Below, piece after piece: positions 61,573 to 64,000 of a stretch of DNA of 64,000 bases. The stretch lies in assembly GCA_964373575.1 (NCBI GenBank), contig CAYJVB010000001.1, positions 8,262 to 72,261 of the forward strand, written 5' to 3'. Position 1 is the first letter of the stretch. The number at the start of each line of letters is the position of its first letter. The position numbers were made by a program, and so were the translations under genes. The DNA is from an uncultured archaeon (GTDB lineage Archaea; Aenigmatarchaeota; Aenigmatarchaeia; CG10238-14). The notes under the pieces are model-generated. The model was not told the DNA's origin and made no database searches. It saw only the letters and a list, made by a program, of their open reading frames with translations.

Positions 61573-62751
61573 ATGTTTTCAGACATTCGAAAAATGTACA
61601 TCTTTACATTTTTAAGAAATTTTTTCCTCATAGGAGCTGTCACAGTACCATTTTTTATGGAGTGGGGAAAGTTAAGTTACACTCAATTATTTTTTCTCCA
61701 ATCATGGTTTTCCTTCTGGCTTTTTGTTTTAGAAATACCTACAGGCACAATTGCAGATAGATTCGGCAGAAAAGTTTCAATTGCTTTAGGGGCTCTTAGT
61801 ATTGCTATTTGTTTCTTAATATATTCAACCACCCCAAATTTTATAATTTTCTTGATCGCAGAATTCATTGCTGCTTTAGGTGGCGCATTAATTTCAGGTG
61901 CAGACAAAGCTCTAATTTATGATAAATTGAGACGACTGAAGAGATCTAAAGATGCCAAACACATTTTTTCAAATTATTCAATTGCAAGTACTTTAGGAAT
62001 TATCGTTGCACTACCAATCGGTTCGCTTATTGCAAGCATGATGATACTGCCGTATCCAAACAATTTTTCTTTAGTGATGGCAATATCAGCAGTTCCTCTT
62101 TTTATTGCATTCTTAATTGCTCTAACAATAAAGGAACCAAAAACTAGAACACCACCTGAAAATTATTTTATGATTGCTAAAAAGGGATTGCAGTACTTCA
62201 TTGCTCATAAAACACTAAGAGTTTTAGCACTAGATTTAACTCTAACATCAGCAGTAACATTTTTCATTTTTTGGTTATATCAGCCATTGTTGAGAAACGC
62301 TGGTATTGACATAAAATATTTCGGATTTGTTGGTTCGGCATTTAATATTTTTGAAATAATCCTCTTAAGAAATTTGAGATTTTTTGAAAAAACCTTCAGT
62401 AATAAAAGAATCATTTTTTTCACTGCATTAATTCCTTCAGTAATGTATATTATTTTAGGAATTTCTACAAATATCATGTTAATAACACTTGCTTTCTTTC
62501 TAATAGTCGGACTGCGAGAATTGAGAAGACCTATTTTCGAACATTATATAAATAAAATAACACCAAGCAAACAAAGAGCGACAATATTATCATCCGTTTC
62601 CATGCTTGAACGATTCATAATAGCAGTAATGTATCCATTCTTAGGCCTCTTGTTGGACTGGTCATTTAACAAAGCAATAATAATTCTTGGTGTAGTTTCA
62701 CTTTTTCTTGTTTTTACATCCAAAGTAACGGAAGATATGTTAATAGACTAA
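61573..62751 (+). CDS. MFS transporter
   Basis: Twelve TM helices with the GTIADRFGRK motif in the loop 2-3 region. Confidence 0.7.
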   Translation: MFSDIRKMYIFTFLRNFFLIGAVTVPFFMEWGKLSYTQLFFLQSWFSFWLFVLEIPTGTIADRFGRKVSIALGALSIAICFLIYSTTPNFIIFLIAEFIAALGGALISGADKALIYDKLRRLKRSKDAKHIFSNYSIASTLGIIVALPIGSLIASMMILPYPNNFSLVMAISAVPLFIAFLIALTIKEPKTRTPPENYFMIAKKGLQYFIAHKTLRVLALDLTLTSAVTFFIFWLYQPLLRNAGIDIKYFGFVGSAFNIFEIILLRNLRFFEKTFSNKRIIFFTALIPSVMYIILGISTNIMLITLAFFLIVGLRELRRPIFEHYINKITPSKQRATILSSVSMLERFIIAVMYPFLGLLLDWSFNKAIIILGVVSLFLVFTSKVTEDMLID

Positions 62752-63032
62752 TGTTTAAACCTTTTCTCAGCCAAAATAAACTTATGCTCACAGTATCAAC
62801 AAAAACACGTCAAAAAGGCTATTGGATTTTCAAAGAGGGCAAAGCAAAACTTGATATCGACACACCTAAAAGAAAATACTACAAGGTTGAAGGAGAAAGT
62901 AGCGAATATTCTGTAATTTATGATAAATCCAAAAATCAGTGGAAATGCGACTGTCAATTCTTTTCCCTCAAAATCCAGGATTGTTCTCATACAATTGCAT
63001 GCCGCTTGCTTGAAGGTGAAAAGATTGAATAA
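62751..63032 (+). CDS. SWIM zinc-finger protein
   Basis: CDCQFFSLKIQDCSHTIACRLL is a CxC...CxH SWIM motif. Confidence 0.5.
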   Translation: MFKPFLSQNKLMLTVSTKTRQKGYWIFKEGKAKLDIDTPKRKYYKVEGESSEYSVIYDKSKNQWKCDCQFFSLKIQDCSHTIACRLLEGEKIE

Positions 63033-63192
63033 AAAAAGCTTCTACTGTCCCCATTGTAAAAAATTTGTCAATGATTATATAATCGAACCCCAAGTTACAG
63101 CAAGAGCAATATCCCTCACCTTCGCCTCAGGACCAGTAGTAGCAGTATGCAAGAAATGCAAATCCGTATTACTACAACTCACAGAGGATTAA
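63016..63192 (+). CDS. Possible small zinc-ribbon protein (GTG start overlapping the SWIM stop). This is the ORF-track ORF 62920..63192, trimmed.
   Basis: CPHCKKF...CKKCKS gives two CxxC pairs. Confidence 0.3.
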   Translation: MKRLNKKSFYCPHCKKFVNDYIIEPQVTARAISLTFASGPVVAVCKKCKSVLLQLTED

Positions 63193-63193
63193 T

Positions 63194-64000
63194 ATGCCAG
63201 TCAATGCTCCAGTAGAATATTACAAAGCAGAAGATGCATACAAATCAGCCAAAACTAGGGAAGAAAAAATAAAATGTTTGGAGGATATGATACGTTTATT
63301 ACCTAAACACAAATCAAGCGAAAACGTTCTTGCTCAATTAAGGAGAAGATTATCCAAGATAAAACAGCAAAAGGAAATATCAGCAGGGAAAAAACAATCA
63401 TTTTCTATAAAAAAAGAAGGTGTAGGTCAAGTTTGTCTAATAGGTTTACCCAATTCAGGAAAAAGTACCTTATTCAAACAATTAACTAGTGTAGATGTAG
63501 AAATAGCAGATTTCCCTTACACTACAGTAAAACCTGAAGTTGGGATGATGAAATATGAAGATGTTTGGGTTCAAATAATAGAGATACCATCCACATTTTA
63601 TCCTCAATGGATGGGCATTGCTCACTCAACAGATTTAGTTATAAGAGTAATTGATGGAGATGGGGATCTTAACAGGCAGAGAAAAGATTTGAATGACATT
63701 ATGAACAAGTTTCACGTAAAAACAAAAACAATCAAAGTCACTTCTAAAAGGCCAATAAATCTTAGCAAACTGAAATTAGAAATTTGGAACAATTTAAATG
63801 CTATCAGAGTATATACTAAAGTTCAGGGAAAACCTCCGGAAAAGAAACCGATAGTAATGAAAAAGGAAGCTACAGTGAAAGATGTAGTGAAAGAAGTGCA
63901 TAAAGAATTTCTTAAAACTTTCAGATTTGCAAGAATTTGGGGCAAGTCTGTTAAATTTGATGGGGCAAATGTTGGGTTAGCACACAAATTGGAAGATAGA
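63194..64000 (+). CDS. Drg/Obg-family GTPase with a C-terminal TGS domain (partial; runs off the window end)
   Basis: G1 GLPNSGKSTL. G2 region YPFTT-like FPYTTVKPEVG. C-terminal TGS-like IRVYTKVQGKPPEK...IWGKSVKF. Confidence 0.75.
   Translation, partial: MPVNAPVEYYKAEDAYKSAKTREEKIKCLEDMIRLLPKHKSSENVLAQLRRRLSKIKQQKEISAGKKQSFSIKKEGVGQVCLIGLPNSGKSTLFKQLTSVDVEIADFPYTTVKPEVGMMKYEDVWVQIIEIPSTFYPQWMGIAHSTDLVIRVIDGDGDLNRQRKDLNDIMNKFHVKTKTIKVTSKRPINLSKLKLEIWNNLNAIRVYTKVQGKPPEKKPIVMKKEATVKDVVKEVHKEFLKTFRFARIWGKSVKFDGANVGLAHKLEDR

Overview
This is an AT-rich (~30% GC) archaeal window. Archaeal markers are Alba, geranylgeranyl reductase, a UPP-synthase-family isoprenyl transferase, diphthamide genes dph2 and dph5, RpoL/Rpo11, and three tRNAs that each carry a bulge-helix-bulge (BHB)-type anticodon-loop intron. 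The gene content and compact, translationally coupled operons suggest a small-genome, DPANN-like cell. The flanks (about 1-6.6 kb and 45-64 kb) are housekeeping: cysS with an adjacent tRNA-Cys, aspartate aminotransferase, ADP-forming acyl-CoA synthetase alpha subunit, Trm5-like methyltransferase, a DedA-family membrane protein, an M50 protease, MFS transporter, a Drg/Obg-family GTPase, and a GC-rich structured ncRNA. The central ~38 kb (6.6-44.9 kb) is a dense accessory island, almost all on the minus strand, that encodes a type IV pilus (Tad / archaeal pilus)-like surface machinery. It has one secretion ATPase interrupted by a ~508-aa LAGLIDADG intein, and two paralogous 681-aa TadC/FlaJ-like platform proteins. 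At least 15 proteins have class III (prepilin-like) N-termini, including a seven-gene minor-pilin operon and several micro-ORFs of 42-53 aa that are below the ORF-track cutoff. Several large secreted Cys/Thr-rich proteins place a pilin-like or membrane-anchor N-terminus and a poly-Thr linker in front of hydrolase domains. Most of these hydrolases are specific for bacterial murein: SLT+M23+M14 in one protein, M15+SLT in another, and a GH3 NagZ-like enzyme. The others are a GH5-like glycosidase and an HExxH metalloprotease with Ca-binding repeats. An archaeon has no murein of its own, so a pilus-associated murein-degrading toolkit is the most interesting candidate system here; it may be a host- or prey-attack and attachment apparatus. 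The island is split at ~33.8-34.5 kb by a transposase remnant plus a double-HTH excisionase-like gene. It also contains a recent 171-bp identical duplication and a 21-bp coding tandem repeat. Other oddities are a UPP synthase homolog whose conserved N-terminal motif is separated from the rest of the ORF by a 21-nt hairpin-like insertion carrying an in-frame TAA, a free-standing double-motif LAGLIDADG endonuclease, and a tandem triplicated membrane-protein family. No CRISPR array or rRNA was seen.
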